From: an uncultured Bacteroidales bacterium
Lineage (GTDB): Bacteria > Bacteroidota > Bacteroidia > Bacteroidales > Muribaculaceae
Assembly: GCA_947039275.1 (NCBI GenBank)
Contig: CAMQYL010000001.1
Span: forward strand, 36,889 to 100,888
Direction of reading: 5' to 3'
DNA length: 64,000 bases
A program made the translations under genes and the position numbers. Positions 46,595-55,728 of this stretch are shown here, one piece after another. The notes beneath the pieces are model-generated. The model saw only the letters and a list, made by a program, of their open reading frames with translations, ran no database searches and was not told where the DNA came from. The first letter of the stretch is position 1. Each line of letters starts with the position of its first letter.

Positions 46595-48820
46595 ATGCAC
46601 TTTCCATACCACCGACATCGAATGAACATGTTGCGCAGGTTTCCTTGGGTGATGCAGAAGGATGCGATGCAGTGTGGCATCGCATGTCTGGCTATGGTGT
46701 GCCGACACTACGGCAAGGCTTATTCGCTGGCTGCGCTGTCGGAGATATGTTTCGCCACGGTGCAGGGGGTGTCGCTGCTGGGGCTTAAGGAGGCGGCGGG
46801 GAAGCTCGGCTTTGATACAGCGGCTCTGCGGCTGTCGGCGCAGAGCCTTGCCGACAAGCCGCTGCCGTGTATCCTCCACTGGAATCAGGAGCACTTCGTG
46901 GTGCTCTACAAGGTACGTCGAGGACGCTATTATGTGGCAGACCCGGGCAAAGGACTCGTCAAGTACACCGAGGAGGAGTTTTGCAAGCACTGGTGCAGTA
47001 CGTGTGCCGACGGAACGGATAAAGGCATAGCCTTGATGCTCCAGCCCAACGCCGACTTCGGCAAAACCATGTCGGAGGGCAGCGGCGAACGCCGTTCGTT
47101 CCGCTTCCTGATGGGTTATCTGCGGCAATACCGCCGCTATTTCACCCAGATCATCCTCGGATTGCTCGTGGGCTGCGTGTTGCAGCTCATCATGCCGTTT
47201 ATGACGCAGTGGATTGTGGATATAGGCATCAAGCACCAGGACATTGGCTTCATATGGCTTGTGCTCCTCGGCGAACTGATGATAGTGACCGGACGCACCG
47301 CCACCGACTTCATACGCCGCTGGCTGCTGCTCCACATATCCATGCGCATCAACATCTCGCTCATCAGCGACTTCTTCATCAAGCTGTTGAAGCTGCCCAT
47401 GTCGTTTTTCGACACCAAACTGATGGGCGACCTTCTGCAGCGCATCGGCGACCACTCGCGCATCCAGTCGTTCCTGACCAACCAGACCCTCAGCGTGGTG
47501 TTCACATTCCTCAGTTTCATCATCTTCGGATTCGTTCTTCTCATTTACGATGTTCTGATTTTTGGGGTGTTTATCATCGGCAGCGGCATCTATGGCGCGT
47601 GGATAGCGACATTCCTGAAGCGGAGAAAGGTGATAGACTACGAGCTGTTTGAGCAGCAGGCACGTAACCAAAACAAAGTATACCAGTTCATCACCTCCAT
47701 GCAGGAGATCAAGCTCCAGGACTGCGAGCAGCGGCGACGCTGGGAGTGGGAGGATACCCAAGCCGACCTCTTCGACGTGCAGATGAAGTCGCTGCGCCTC
47801 CAGCAGACCCAGGAAGCCGGCTCCATCTTCATCAACGAGGTCAAGAACATCGTCATAACCGTCATAGCAGCCACCGCCGTCATCAACGGCGAGATGACAC
47901 TCGGAGCCATGCTCGCCGTGCAGTATATCATAGGGCAGCTCAATTCGCCCGTAGAGCAACTGATGACATTCGTCTACTCACTCCAGGATGTGAAAATATC
48001 ACTCGAGCGCATCAACGAAATCCACGAAGGCAAAAACGAGGAGAGCGACGACCGCCAGCTCACGGCAATCACCCGACCCGACAAATCAATCACCATCGAC
48101 GGCATCGACTTCAAATATGACCCGCATGCGCTCCGCAAGACCCTCGACGGCGTGACATTCACCATACCCGAGGGCAAGGTAACCGCCATAGTGGGCGCAT
48201 CGGGCAGCGGCAAAACCACCCTTATCAAGCTGATGCTCGGCTACTACAAGGTCTCGGCAGGACGCATCGCCATAGCCGGGCATGACATCAACGAGTACAA
48301 TCCGCGCTGGTGGCGCCGGCAGTGCGGAGTAGTGATGCAGGACGGCGTAATCTTCTCCGAATCCATAGCCCGCAACATCGCCGTAGACGATGGCGAGATA
48401 GACGTAGAGCGGCTCGAACGGGCAGCCCGCATAGCCAACGTCCACGACTATATCATGGGCTTGCCCCTCAAATACAACACCCTCATAGGGCGCGACGGCG
48501 TAGGGCTGAGCCAAGGGCAGAAACAGCGCATACTCATAGCACGCGCCGTATATAAAAACCCCGACTACATATTTCTCGACGAAGCCACCAACTCGCTCGA
48601 TGCGCGTAACGAGCGCGTCATAGTCGAGAACCTTGCCGAATTTTACCGGGGCAGAACAGTCGTGGTCGTGGCTCACCGCCTCTCCACCGTCAGAGATGCC
48701 GACCAGATAATAGTCGTCGACGGCGGACGCATCGTGGAGCAAGGCACGCACACCTCCCTCACCAACCAAAAAGGAGTCTATTACAATCTCGTCAAAAATC
48801 AACTTGAATTAGGCAACTGA
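46595..48820 (+). CDS. peptidase C39 domain-containing ABC transporter (double-glycine leader cleavage/export)
   Basis: 741 aa. C39 motifs QKDAMQCGIACLAMV, ..HWNQEHFVVLYKV.. and VADPGKG. Six TM helices. Walker A GASGSGKTT, signature LSQGQKQR, Walker B IFLDEAT. The start is ambiguous (46595, 46622 or 46628). Confidence 0.92.
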   Translation: MHFPYHRHRMNMLRRFPWVMQKDAMQCGIACLAMVCRHYGKAYSLAALSEICFATVQGVSLLGLKEAAGKLGFDTAALRLSAQSLADKPLPCILHWNQEHFVVLYKVRRGRYYVADPGKGLVKYTEEEFCKHWCSTCADGTDKGIALMLQPNADFGKTMSEGSGERRSFRFLMGYLRQYRRYFTQIILGLLVGCVLQLIMPFMTQWIVDIGIKHQDIGFIWLVLLGELMIVTGRTATDFIRRWLLLHISMRINISLISDFFIKLLKLPMSFFDTKLMGDLLQRIGDHSRIQSFLTNQTLSVVFTFLSFIIFGFVLLIYDVLIFGVFIIGSGIYGAWIATFLKRRKVIDYELFEQQARNQNKVYQFITSMQEIKLQDCEQRRRWEWEDTQADLFDVQMKSLRLQQTQEAGSIFINEVKNIVITVIAATAVINGEMTLGAMLAVQYIIGQLNSPVEQLMTFVYSLQDVKISLERINEIHEGKNEESDDRQLTAITRPDKSITIDGIDFKYDPHALRKTLDGVTFTIPEGKVTAIVGASGSGKTTLIKLMLGYYKVSAGRIAIAGHDINEYNPRWWRRQCGVVMQDGVIFSESIARNIAVDDGEIDVERLERAARIANVHDYIMGLPLKYNTLIGRDGVGLSQGQKQRILIARAVYKNPDYIFLDEATNSLDARNERVIVENLAEFYRGRTVVVVAHRLSTVRDADQIIVVDGGRIVEQGTHTSLTNQKGVYYNLVKNQLELGN

Positions 48821-48824
48821 CACC

Positions 48825-49025
48825 ATGGCATCAGACAACGAAAAAATAGAGCTGCGCAGCGAGAAAGTCCGCCACCTCATCTCCGAAATCCCCCCGGCAC
48901 TCGTCCGCTGGGGCATCGCCATCATAGCCATAATCACCGCCGCCCTCCTCCTCGCCGTCTGCCTCCTCCCCTATCCCTACTCCGCCGGCGAATCCATCCT
49001 CCGCCACCTCCTCGACTCGATATAG
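48825..49025 (+). pseudogene. truncated HlyD-family periplasmic adaptor (N-terminal 66 aa only)
   Basis: MASDNEKIELRSEKVRHLISEIPPALVRWGIAIIAIITAALLL... matches the N-terminal cytoplasmic tail plus TM of Bacteroidetes HlyD adaptors that follow C39-ABC genes, which are normally about 400 aa. The frame ends at 49025, and the 49113-49353 inverted repeat begins 88 nt downstream. Confidence 0.5.
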
Positions 49026-49112
49026 TCCCCAGAGGCGGAAATCATATAGACGACGCGATACAATGGTGTGCATTTAAGATATATCGTATCAAATCGGATG
49101 AATAAGCATGTC

Positions 49113-49353
49113 GGAAGTCCCGAAGGGATGAGCCTATACTTAACCGTGGATGAGGATATGGCATAGCCATGACGAGTCCACGGTGGGACAAAGAGAAAGA
49201 TGTGAGTCCTGGAGGGACGGATTTGTGGTGGATACGCTACCATAAACTCGTCCCTCCAGGACTTGGTCTTTAGTGTGCCTTGCGCCGTGGACTCGGACGG
49301 CTATCGCCGCCGCTCATCCACGGTTAAGCATAGGCTCATCCCTCCGGGACTTC
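49113..49353. repeat. about 240-bp near-perfect nested inverted repeat (MITE-like)
   Basis: GGAAGTCCCGAAGGGATGAGCCTATACTTAACCGTGGATGAG pairs with CTCATCCACGGTTAAGCATAGGCTCATCCCTCCGGGACTTC. Inner pairs are GAGTCCACGG/CCGTGGACTC and GAGTCCTGGAGGGACG/CGTCCCTCCAGGACT. Confidence 0.8.
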
Positions 49354-49508
49354 TATGGTGTTTATCTATTATTTTGCATTGTTTTGACATGCACACGCAT
49401 CAAATTACCAAATCGTTAATTGAACAGCATTGTGACGCACGAGGTTACGGTTTCTATATTTTCAGCGCATACATTTGCTGAATCATTGTGATTGACGGGG
49501 CTTTTGTG

Positions 49509-49516
49509 TAACTTTG
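49509..49516 (+). promoter_or_regulatory. candidate -7 box (TAACTTTG) for regulator B
   Basis: TAnnTTTG match in the same context as 36860-36867. Confidence 0.4.
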
Positions 49517-49524
49517 TTCCCCGT

Positions 49525-49551
49525 TGTAGGGACATGCCATGGCATGTCCGC
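49525..49551. repeat. single REP unit (type 1) in the predicted 5' leader of regulator B
   Basis: TGTAGGGACATGCCATGGCATGTCCGC. Confidence 0.8.
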
Positions 49552-49580
49552 TTTCCCAGCCCCGACCAGTCACACTCCAG

Positions 49581-51242
49581 ATGAGAAATCTTGCCATCCT
49601 CTTCATAATCGCAATCGTCGCCCTGTCGGCGGCATGCAGCCGTCACGCCGCCACCGAGGCAGCCCTTGACCGCGCCGACTCCCTAATGTCAGAGCACCCC
49701 GACTCCGCACTTGCCATCCTCACCGCCATCGACGGCACACCCCTCCCCCAAGGCTCCGGACTCCAAGTCCGCTACGCCCTGCTGCTGACCCAGGCAAAAA
49801 CGAAAAACCACATAATAGAGACCAACGATTCACTGATATCCATTGCTAATGACTACTATTATAAGGAAGGGGACGAGTTTCTACTAATGAAAGCACGATT
49901 TTATTTAGGCAATATTCTCTATCATCAGAAAAACTACCCTAACTGCATGCTCAATATGTTTATGGCTTACGAGTATGCAAAGGAAATAGATGATTGTTTT
50001 TGGATCGGTATGACAGCCCGCGGGCTCGGAGACGCATATAAAGAGACTTTCAACAGCAAAGAGGAAGTGGCATACTACCACATCGCAGCAGATGCATTCG
50101 CCAGCTACGGCAAACAAGCGTTTATTGATTACAGCCTCCTTTATCTTGCAATTGCTTATTGTGATGCCGGTGAATACGAGTCGGGGATTGTCTATGCATT
50201 GGAGGCACGGGACTCTGCCCTGACGCATGGAGACGAGCCTTTGCTGATCGAGGCTTTAAGAGCTGGCGGCATGAACGGACTGGGTGCAAAAAATTACAAG
50301 ATAGCAATCTCATCGTTTGAAACCCTGTGCAAAAACCACACCTCCACTCGTGAAGATTCCCTCTACCTCGGATTGCTGTATCTACGTACTGGCGCAGTCC
50401 ATAAAGCGACAAACATCCTGAACAAAATCAAAATAAATGAAGATGGTGTGGGCGACTGGTTCCGTTATGAGTTGTATAAAGAACTGGATTCAATACCCCA
50501 AGCCCTAACCGCTCTTGAGAATCTTGAGAATTACGAAAACTCTACTTTTAATTCACGCATCAATCAAGGACTGACAGGTGTGTGCGTTGATTATTATGAT
50601 ACGCAAAAACGCGCAAAAGAGGAAGATATTAAACGGTCTCATGTCATAAATTGGGCAATGCTCTTCCTTCTCATTTGTCTCATAACCATATCATTGGCAT
50701 ACATCCTCCGCTATAAGAAAAAGAAACAGTCAGAGTTGGACACAGCTACGATAATAGCAGAAAATCTACGGGATATCTTATCAAGAAAGGAAGAGGAGTA
50801 CAGGCAGGTCAACACTGCATTTACATCTGCAAAAGAGACCATTGACAGCCTCTTGGATGTAAGATACGAGGAATTTGATATGTTGTGTCAAGAAATGTAT
50901 AGCTCTTCTAACAGGTCTTCAATCCAAAAGCAAATCGCGAGCAAGCTTAATATGATGGTAGACAGCTTTTCCTCAGACATCAAGAAAATTAAAGAACTGC
51001 AAAAGTTTGCCGATTTACATCACGACAATATAGTATCAGAACTGAAAAAAGACCTGCCATCCATAAAAGACATTGATCATAACCTGTTCCTCTACGTCGT
51101 GTTGGGTTTCTCAACTCAGGCAATTGCACTGTTTCTAAAAGCTGGCAAGATCGATTCAATCTATGAAAGAAAGCGTCGTCTCAAAGATAAGATAAAACAG
51201 CTTGATGCCACGAAAGCCCAGAAATATCAAGCGTATCTATGA
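49581..51242 (+). CDS. membrane-spanning regulator: lipoprotein signal + TPR-like domain + TM + coiled coil + LuxR/GerE-like HTH (paralog B)
   Basis: MRNLAILFIIAIVALSAAC lipobox. The first roughly 80 aa are highly similar to paralog A (..RHAATEA.(I/L)DRADSLM.EHPDSAL..L.AIDG..LP.GS.L..RYALLLTQA..). TM VINWAMLFLLICLITISLAYIL (about 50644-50712). C-terminal ..LFLYVVLGFSTQAIALFLKAGKIDSIYERKRRLKDKI... Confidence 0.65.
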   Translation: MRNLAILFIIAIVALSAACSRHAATEAALDRADSLMSEHPDSALAILTAIDGTPLPQGSGLQVRYALLLTQAKTKNHIIETNDSLISIANDYYYKEGDEFLLMKARFYLGNILYHQKNYPNCMLNMFMAYEYAKEIDDCFWIGMTARGLGDAYKETFNSKEEVAYYHIAADAFASYGKQAFIDYSLLYLAIAYCDAGEYESGIVYALEARDSALTHGDEPLLIEALRAGGMNGLGAKNYKIAISSFETLCKNHTSTREDSLYLGLLYLRTGAVHKATNILNKIKINEDGVGDWFRYELYKELDSIPQALTALENLENYENSTFNSRINQGLTGVCVDYYDTQKRAKEEDIKRSHVINWAMLFLLICLITISLAYILRYKKKKQSELDTATIIAENLRDILSRKEEEYRQVNTAFTSAKETIDSLLDVRYEEFDMLCQEMYSSSNRSSIQKQIASKLNMMVDSFSSDIKKIKELQKFADLHHDNIVSELKKDLPSIKDIDHNLFLYVVLGFSTQAIALFLKAGKIDSIYERKRRLKDKIKQLDATKAQKYQAYL

Positions 51243-51415
51243 TAAATCCATGTCAATCAACATATTAGCAATAAATGCCTGATATTCAACACATTAAGAG
51301 AAAGCCAAAAAATTTTTTCATGTTTACTCATAATTCATTGACATTCAATCTATTACAAATTTGAAAAGCCAAACGAAAAACAGGCAAAAATTCGTTCTGT
51401 AGCCTCTTTTTGACA

Positions 51416-51423
51416 TAACTTTG
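51416..51423 (+). promoter_or_regulatory. candidate -7 box (TAACTTTG) for cassette B structural genes
   Basis: TAnnTTTG match 17 nt upstream of the 51440 ATG. AAAGCCAAAAAATTTTTTC at 51301-51319 resembles the cassette motif. Confidence 0.4.
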
Positions 51424-51439
51424 CACAAAAACATGGCAC

Positions 51440-51820
51440 ATGAAATCACTCGTATCAATTTTTATCTCTCTCGTCATTTGCATGACCACATCATTGGCTA
51501 TGACCGCCAGTGAAAACAATTCGACCCCAAAAGCCGACAAACAGGCTGTACTAAAGCCACAGAATCCCACATCCAACAGACCCATGAAGCCGTCCTCAAG
51601 GTCATTGGTCTGCATATACACACAAGGCTATCTTGAGATAGAAATGCCTATTAATACGGAGTACCTCGATGTCACCATCAGCGATGATAACATTCCGGTC
51701 TGGTCAGGCACAGTCACACAGGACGAGCCATCAGCCGACATTCCCGTCCTCTACGGAGAGCATACCATCACGTGCATTACCGATGGCGGACATATCTTTA
51801 CTGGATATCTATCATTTTAA
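51440..51820 (+). CDS. small secreted protein, DUF3244-like (paralog B)
   Basis: 126 aa with signal peptide MKSLVSIFISLVICMTTSLAMTA. The C-terminal block DDNIPVWSGTVTQDEPSADIPVLYGEHTITCITDGGHIFTGYLSF is shared with paralog A. Confidence 0.7.
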   Translation: MKSLVSIFISLVICMTTSLAMTASENNSTPKADKQAVLKPQNPTSNRPMKPSSRSLVCIYTQGYLEIEMPINTEYLDVTISDDNIPVWSGTVTQDEPSADIPVLYGEHTITCITDGGHIFTGYLSF

Positions 51821-51829
51821 GAGCGGCAT

Positions 51830-53101
51830 ATGAAAGCGAGTGCTTACAACTATATCGTCCCTAACGGAGATAAGACTATTTTCTTCAATGGAATATCGGA
51901 ATCATTTTTCGAGATTCCAAATGAAAGGGCGGAAATATATGCCGAAATCATCCATAATCCGGCATCCTATGCCGACGATTTCCAGTGGTTTCTTGACAGG
52001 ATGACAGATAAAGGATTTGTCCTTGACGATGACACAGATGAAGAAGAGCTATTAGAGAAAAAGTTTCAAGCTACGCTTTCTGAAAACCTCCTCCATGTCA
52101 TGATTTTGCCCACATATCAGTGCAATTTACGATGCTGGTATTGCGTCCAGAACCATAAGGATATGACGATGTCAGATGAGACAGTTGAGCAGGTCAAGGG
52201 GATGCTGGCTCAAAAAATAAAGGACAGCAAAATCACCGATGTCAGGATTTCATGGTTTGGAGGCGAACCTCTGCTTGGTTATGATACCATAATAGACATA
52301 ACTTCTTATGTCAAAAGACTCACATCAGATTACGATAAATCTTTTATCTGTGACATAACCACCAACGGCACATTGCTCAATAGGGAGCGCATCGAGGCAT
52401 TGCGTGAGGCTGGAGTCACAAGTTACCAGATTACCATCGATGGCGACAAAGAGACTCACGACTCCATCAAAGTCCTGAATCATGGATCAGCATACGACAC
52501 CACTGTGGAGAACATAAACATCATCACAGAAACTACAAGATGCACTCTGCGCTTCAATTACACACATGACAATCTCAGACCTCAGTCCATAGTCGACAAT
52601 CTGACTGCGAGACTCAAACCCGAAAACCGGCATAATATCACATTCCTATTATATAAGGTATGGCAAGAGCCACAGAACCGCATATGTGATGACGAAGTGG
52701 AGAGTCTGATCACGCTGAGCAATGGCATCGGCATCGTGAGCCAGTTGCCTACATGCAATCTGTGCTACGCCGACTGTACAAATTTCAATTGCATATTCCC
52801 TAACGGCAATGTGGGAAAATGCGACAATGAGTCGCCCATGGCAGCAAAAGGGAGCATTGATGGCGGAGATGTCACATGGAGCGGTGACATCAGTGCGCAT
52901 ACCCCTGCATTCCTTAACCATAAGTTTCCATGCCGGAAATGCAGATATGTGCCTGTCTGCTGGGGACCATGTGTGGCTAAAAGAGCTGTCATGCTAAACA
53001 ACGACGGTGTAGGGCAATGTCAGTATGCCGATAAGGATGATGAAATGAAGAGATTTATAATTAACAGATGTTCCAATCTGAAAAGGACAGAGATTGTATG
53101 A
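51830..53101 (+). CDS. radical SAM/SPASM domain peptide maturase (cassette B, different subfamily from cassette A enzyme)
   Basis: 423 aa. The CxxxCxxC motif is CNLRCWYC (nt 52121-52144), followed by ..SWFGGEPLL... The C-terminal SPASM Cys clusters are ..CNLCYADCTNFNCIFPNGNVGKCDN...CRKCRYVPVCWGPCVAKR... Confidence 0.88.
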   Translation: MKASAYNYIVPNGDKTIFFNGISESFFEIPNERAEIYAEIIHNPASYADDFQWFLDRMTDKGFVLDDDTDEEELLEKKFQATLSENLLHVMILPTYQCNLRCWYCVQNHKDMTMSDETVEQVKGMLAQKIKDSKITDVRISWFGGEPLLGYDTIIDITSYVKRLTSDYDKSFICDITTNGTLLNRERIEALREAGVTSYQITIDGDKETHDSIKVLNHGSAYDTTVENINIITETTRCTLRFNYTHDNLRPQSIVDNLTARLKPENRHNITFLLYKVWQEPQNRICDDEVESLITLSNGIGIVSQLPTCNLCYADCTNFNCIFPNGNVGKCDNESPMAAKGSIDGGDVTWSGDISAHTPAFLNHKFPCRKCRYVPVCWGPCVAKRAVMLNNDGVGQCQYADKDDEMKRFIINRCSNLKRTEIV

Positions 53102-55272
53102 TAAGATTTTTAATGAATTGCATCATTATCGCCGCAGTGATAGCGGTGGCGAATCCCGCTTACGGTCAAGACGTGGAGACTGCCGAGATGGCTGACTCCA
53201 CGCGGAGTGTCACAAACGAGCCTGACACCCTGGCATCCAAGAGATTAGACGAAATAGTAGTGACCGCCGAGCTTTTGAAACGTCAGGGCAACGAGGACAT
53301 CATCACAGTAACCAAAGCCATGCGCGAGGGGACTCGTAATGCCGGGGAACTGCTGGGGAGAATAAACGGCATGTTCTACAACCCATTGAGTACCGACCTG
53401 CAATATATGGGGTCAAAGAATATCCTCATCTTAGTGGATGGAGTGGAGAAAGGGGCTGGCTACATCAAACGCCTACGTCCTGAGCGATTTGACAAAATCA
53501 CCATCACAAATATGCCTACAGGCATCTATGCGAGCTATGATGCCGTCATAGACCTGCACACACGTCCGCTCTACACTGGTTATGAGGGTGTCGTGCTGAC
53601 AGAAGCGGTGATAGTACCCGGAGACAGAAACGGCGATGGCGACAACTTAAGAAAATCACGCAACGAGGGGCAATTCACATATACGAGAGAAAAATTCAAC
53701 ATCGATGTCTCCGCCGGTTATACGTTTAACCAACAGGGACTGAGCGACTATTTCGATAAGGAATATCCTCTCAACGGACTCAAGGAGACAACATTGGAGA
53801 CATCAGACAAATCGCCTGACAAATATATACGCAGCAACCGTTATTCTGCCGAAGTGGCAGCCGACTACGACATCAACCGCCGCCACTCCATATCTGCAAA
53901 AATCTCGCTCGCACCTTCCTCTGACCATGACAGATACGACTACAGGATAAAACGCGATTTCACCGACCTGAATATCACAGATATCGTGTCGGAGTCACAA
54001 AACAGCGACATCAGAGACCGACTGGATGTGCTTGCCGGGCTATGGTACAGAGGCAGAGTGTCGGGGTGGAGACTCAACTCCAACCTCACCTATACTAATA
54101 TCGGATACAATCGCTGTAATGCGACAGGCAGGTCTTCAGGCTATCATAATACCGACAATCGCAAAGTATCATCACAGTATTTTACAGGAGGTCTGGAAGC
54201 CAAACGCCAGAGCAACAATCAGAAATGGATATTCACATTGTCAGATGATTTCATCCTTTCAAATTTCAAAGAGGACAGAGCGGAAACAGGCAACAGGCTC
54301 TCAGAAAGCAACGATTTCCGCAACACATTCAACGCCAGTGCCGATTACCAGGTCAACAATAAATTATCACTCGGATTCAATGCTGGTTTCTCGGTGTTCA
54401 GAAATTCATATAACACTGCCTCCGATACACATTTCACGCCCAAAGCCGGATTTCAGGCGATGTGGATACCCTCCGACAATGTATTTATGCGTCTCAACTA
54501 CTCTGCATCCACCCGATATCCGGCACTGTCGGGCCTGCAGGATTACGGACAGTTTACTGATTCGCTGATGTACTCGTCAGGCAATCCTGAACTGAAACCA
54601 TCGCTTATACACGACATATCCCTGACAGCGACGTTCCTCAAAAGCATATCCATAGAAGGACGGTACACCCATACATCCGACGGCGTGTTCAGCCACTTTT
54701 CACCAGCCTTCGGGATGATTCCGTCAGGTGCCACCACCTACTATACTATGAGCCTGCCGGTCAACGGCACCAAAGACCGATGGAGCGTCAATCTGACCTA
54801 CTCCAAAGCGTTCGGACCACATTGGCAGCTTTCCCTCACAGGCACCCTGGTCGGCGAGAGAGCCAAGTATGGCGATGATGTCACTTCCAAAGTTCTCCCC
54901 CAATACGACTGGTATGTGCTGTATCAGACCATGAAAGGCAGCCTACAGTTCTATCTGAGCGGAGCCATGATTCAGACAACTTACATCACACCTCAATCCG
55001 ACATACGGGACTGTGTGGATGTATACGCATTGTCCGTCTCCAAATTCTTGTTCAATAACCGGCTACAGATTCTCGGCATGTGGTATATCCCCATACATCT
55101 CACTGAAGGTGGAGCACATGGTGGCATCACATCCCCATCCTACAGCACCCGATATTGGGCTGACAACAATTTCCGTTTCAACAACATGTTTCAGATCTCG
55201 ATACAATACCGCTTCAACGGCGGCAAATCAGTCAAAAAATACAACCGTAACAGCGAAACGGTAGATATCTAA
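53098..55272 (+). CDS. TonB-dependent-receptor-like outer membrane beta-barrel protein (OMP_b-brl_3-like)
   Basis: 724 aa from the ATG that overlaps the rSAM stop (ATGA at 53098-53101), with signal peptide MIRFLMNCIIIAAVIAVANPAYGQ and family motif ..RYPALSGLQDYGQFTDSLMYSSGNPELKPS... Confidence 0.8.
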   Translation: MIRFLMNCIIIAAVIAVANPAYGQDVETAEMADSTRSVTNEPDTLASKRLDEIVVTAELLKRQGNEDIITVTKAMREGTRNAGELLGRINGMFYNPLSTDLQYMGSKNILILVDGVEKGAGYIKRLRPERFDKITITNMPTGIYASYDAVIDLHTRPLYTGYEGVVLTEAVIVPGDRNGDGDNLRKSRNEGQFTYTREKFNIDVSAGYTFNQQGLSDYFDKEYPLNGLKETTLETSDKSPDKYIRSNRYSAEVAADYDINRRHSISAKISLAPSSDHDRYDYRIKRDFTDLNITDIVSESQNSDIRDRLDVLAGLWYRGRVSGWRLNSNLTYTNIGYNRCNATGRSSGYHNTDNRKVSSQYFTGGLEAKRQSNNQKWIFTLSDDFILSNFKEDRAETGNRLSESNDFRNTFNASADYQVNNKLSLGFNAGFSVFRNSYNTASDTHFTPKAGFQAMWIPSDNVFMRLNYSASTRYPALSGLQDYGQFTDSLMYSSGNPELKPSLIHDISLTATFLKSISIEGRYTHTSDGVFSHFSPAFGMIPSGATTYYTMSLPVNGTKDRWSVNLTYSKAFGPHWQLSLTGTLVGERAKYGDDVTSKVLPQYDWYVLYQTMKGSLQFYLSGAMIQTTYITPQSDIRDCVDVYALSVSKFLFNNRLQILGMWYIPIHLTEGGAHGGITSPSYSTRYWADNNFRFNNMFQISIQYRFNGGKSVKKYNRNSETVDI

Positions 55273-55293
55273 CACCTCTAAAACCTTTAATTT

Positions 55294-55488
55294 ATGGAAC
55301 ACTCTATCATCAAAAAAATCGTCGCGACCCCAGAACTACTCAGCGAGATGGAAGCCCTCGAAATCCGCGGAGGCATCCGTAATAACGGAGATGATATCTA
55401 TGCTTTAGGCAGATGTCAGGTTTATTCTGGCAATTGTGTCCCCGGATGCGCCTGCAAAATTGAACCAGACAGACCTGGCTTAAAATGA
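55294..55488 (+). CDS. RiPP-type precursor peptide with double-glycine leader (cassette B)
   Basis: 64 aa. The leader ...LLSEMEALEIRGG fits the double-glycine consensus. The 37-aa core IRNNGDDIYALGRCQVYSGNCVPGCACKIEPDRPGLK has 4 Cys. It is followed by a strong hairpin. Confidence 0.7.
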   Translation: MEHSIIKKIVATPELLSEMEALEIRGGIRNNGDDIYALGRCQVYSGNCVPGCACKIEPDRPGLK

Positions 55489-55499
55489 GCCCCTTGACA

Positions 55500-55543
55500 T
55501 TCCTCGTAATGCAAGACATCCAATGTCTAAGCATTACGAGGAA
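55500..55543 (+). terminator. long hairpin (terminator/attenuator candidate) directly after precursor B
   Basis: TTCCTCGTAATGC-A-AGACAT-CCA-ATGTCT-A-GCATTACGAGGAA, followed by TGATTTTCTT. A near-copy lies at 59174-59215. Confidence 0.55.
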
Positions 55544-55662
55544 TGATTTTCTTATCCACTACAATTATATTCCACAATCTCTGTTATATTTCGCCCCATG
55601 AGGTATTCGTCCTCTCTACGAAAAAGCATATGACCCATGCCCTATAAACGAAAAAGAGTTTT

Positions 55663-55670
55663 TATCTTTG
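55663..55670 (+). promoter_or_regulatory. candidate -7 box (TATCTTTG) for barrel gene 55729
   Basis: TAnnTTTG match 59 nt upstream of the ATG. Confidence 0.35.
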
Positions 55671-55728
55671 CTTGAATTAAAATATATGAAATTGGCACGA
55701 AAATCCAATCAGGCAATATAACGCAATA

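Noticed and set aside
46583-47959. 458-aa ORF on the minus strand (also 48086-48802, 238 aa)
   Set aside because: Both are antisense to the C39-ABC exporter gene, which has Walker A/B, signature and C39 motifs. Both are shadow ORFs with skewed Asp/Glu/His/Val composition.
475-49551. Possibility that the recurring palindromic repeats are a CRISPR array
   Set aside because: The copies are dispersed singly or as inverted doublets in separate intergenic regions. They are not in a regularly spaced direct-repeat array with unique spacers, and no cas genes are present.
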